Assembly: GCF_032191835.1 (NCBI RefSeq)
Contig: NC_083227.1
Location: 41,540,001 to 41,604,000 of the forward strand
Length of the DNA: 64,000 nt
Reading direction: 5' to 3'
Origin: Heteronotia binoei
Taxonomy: Eukaryota
Shown here one piece after another: positions 62,600-64,000 of the stretch. Both the position numbers and the translations under genes were made by a program. How positions within the stretch are numbered: the stretch's first letter is position 1; each line of letters begins with the position of its first letter. Under the pieces are notes generated by a model. The model had not been told where the DNA came from, made no database searches, and saw only the letters and a list, made by a program, of their open reading frames with translations.

Positions 62600-64000
62600 A
62601 AAACGAATCAGCTTTCAAGAGGACGGGAAGGTAGCAAATGTCACCCCCATCTTTAAAAAGGGTTCCAGAGGAGATCCGGGTAACTACAGGCCAGTCAGTC
62701 TGACTTCAATACTGGGAAAGTTGGTAGAAACCATTATCAAGGAAAGAATGAGTAGGCACATTGATGAACATGAGTTATTGAGGAAGACTCAGCATGGGTT
62801 CTGTAAGGGAAGATCTTGCCTCACTAACCTGTTACATTTCTTTGAGGGGGTGAACAAACATGTAGACAAAGGAGACCCGATAGATATTGTTTACCTTGAC
62901 TTCCAGAAAGCTTTTGATAAAGTTCCTCGTCAAAGGCTCCTTAGTAAGCTCGAGAGTCATGGAGTAAAAGGACAGGTCCTCTTGTGGATCAAAAACTGGC
63001 TAATTAATAGGAAGCTGAGAGTGAGTATAAATGGGCAGTCTTCGTAGTGTTCATATGTTCTCTGGTTCTTACCACCCTGAACAATTTAGTGTCATCCGCA
63101 AACTTGGCCACTTCACTGCTTACTCTCAACTCCAAATCATTTATGAACAAGTTAAAGAGGATGGGACCCAGTACTGAGCCCTGCAGCACTCCACTGCTTA
63201 CTGTCCTCCACTGTGAAGACTGCCCATTTATATTCACTCTCTGCTTCCTATTAATTAGCCAGTTTTTGATCCACATTGTGAGGAACTCCAAAGGGATCTG
63301 TTGAGGCTGGGTGAGTGGGCGTCAACGTGGCAGATGAGGTTCAATGTGGTCAAGTGCAAAGTAATGCACATTGGGGCCAAGAATCCCAGCTGCAAATACA
63401 AGTTGATGGGGTGTGAACTGGCAGAGACTGACCAAGAGAGAGATCTTGGGGTTGTGGTAGATAACTCACTGAAAATGTCAAGACAGTGTGCAATTGCAAT
63501 AAAAAAGGCCAACGCCATGCTGGGAATTATTAGGAAGGGAATAGAAAACAAATCAGCCAGTATCATGATGCCCCTGTATAAATCGATGGTGTGGTCTCAT
63601 TTGGAATACTGTGTGCAATTCTGGTCACCACACCACAAAAAAGATATTATAGCACTGGAAAAAGTGCAGAAAAGGGCAACTAGAATGATTACAGGTTTGG
63701 AACACTTTCCCTATGAAGAAAGGTTAAAACGCTTGGGGCTCTTTAGCTTGGAGAAACGTCGACTGCGGGGTGACATGATAGAGGTTTACAAGATTATGCA
63801 TGGGATGGAGAAGGTAGAGAAAGAAGTACTTTTCTCCCTTTCTCGCAATACAAGAACTCGTGGGCATTCAATGAAATTGCTGAGCAGTCGGGTTAGAACG
63901 GATAAAAGGAGGTACTTCTTCACCCAAAGGGTGATTAACGTGGAATTCACTGCCACAGGAGGTGGCGGCGGCTACAAGCATAGCCAGCTTCAAGAGGGGG
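62600..64000 (+). mobile_element. CR1 LINE ORF2 region with an internal inverted segment (about 63058-63275); runs off the window end
   Basis: Plus ORF 62454..63047 (DPGNYRPVSLTS, YLDFQKAFDKVP) and minus ORF 63004..63291 (QGSVLGP, FADD) are adjacent parts of the same RT. Confidence 0.93.

Overview
Vertebrate genomic DNA, most likely a squamate reptile and probably a gecko, judging by Sauria-, Squam3- and 5S-derived SINEs, CR1/L2/RTE LINEs and many hAT MITEs. There is one 451-nt assembly gap (8373-8823). Four spliced protein-coding genes were reconstructed by hand from GT-AG sites and exon phase. ZNF-A (minus strand; exons 11687-11614, 5027-4953, 2332-120; about 773 aa, 15 intact C2H2 fingers) lies head-to-head with ZNF-B (plus strand; exons 18007-18135, 23013-23117, 26397-27928; about 575 aa, 14 fingers) across a CpG island at about 14.6-15.6 kb. 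ZNF-C (plus strand; exons 38072-38199, 39268-39342, 40864-41094, 44858-46770; about 750 aa, 13 fingers) has its own CpG island. A six-exon, 267-aa AGPAT1-like acyltransferase spans 52012-59934. The main result is that ZNF-A and ZNF-C are inverted paralogs sharing an identical 34-aa N-terminus (MQENYENVISL-AEEIAISWPRITAFAESHRRRGL) with 14 synonymous and 0 non-synonymous differences. This peptide joins the last 11 residues of a truncated KRAB-A box to a 75-nt exon I do not recognise. The two genes also share a 94-aa gap-free C-terminal tail, while their middle finger arrays differ. ZNF-B has a KRAB-A variant lacking the usual TRIM28-binding residues. The AGPAT1-like protein keeps its catalytic His/Asp but has lost several normally conserved basic substrate-binding residues. 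A composite hAT-type insertion (7332-10598) holds hairpin arrays, a tandemly amplified CR1 tail and a 908-bp palindrome. All gene models are sequence-only inferences without transcript support.
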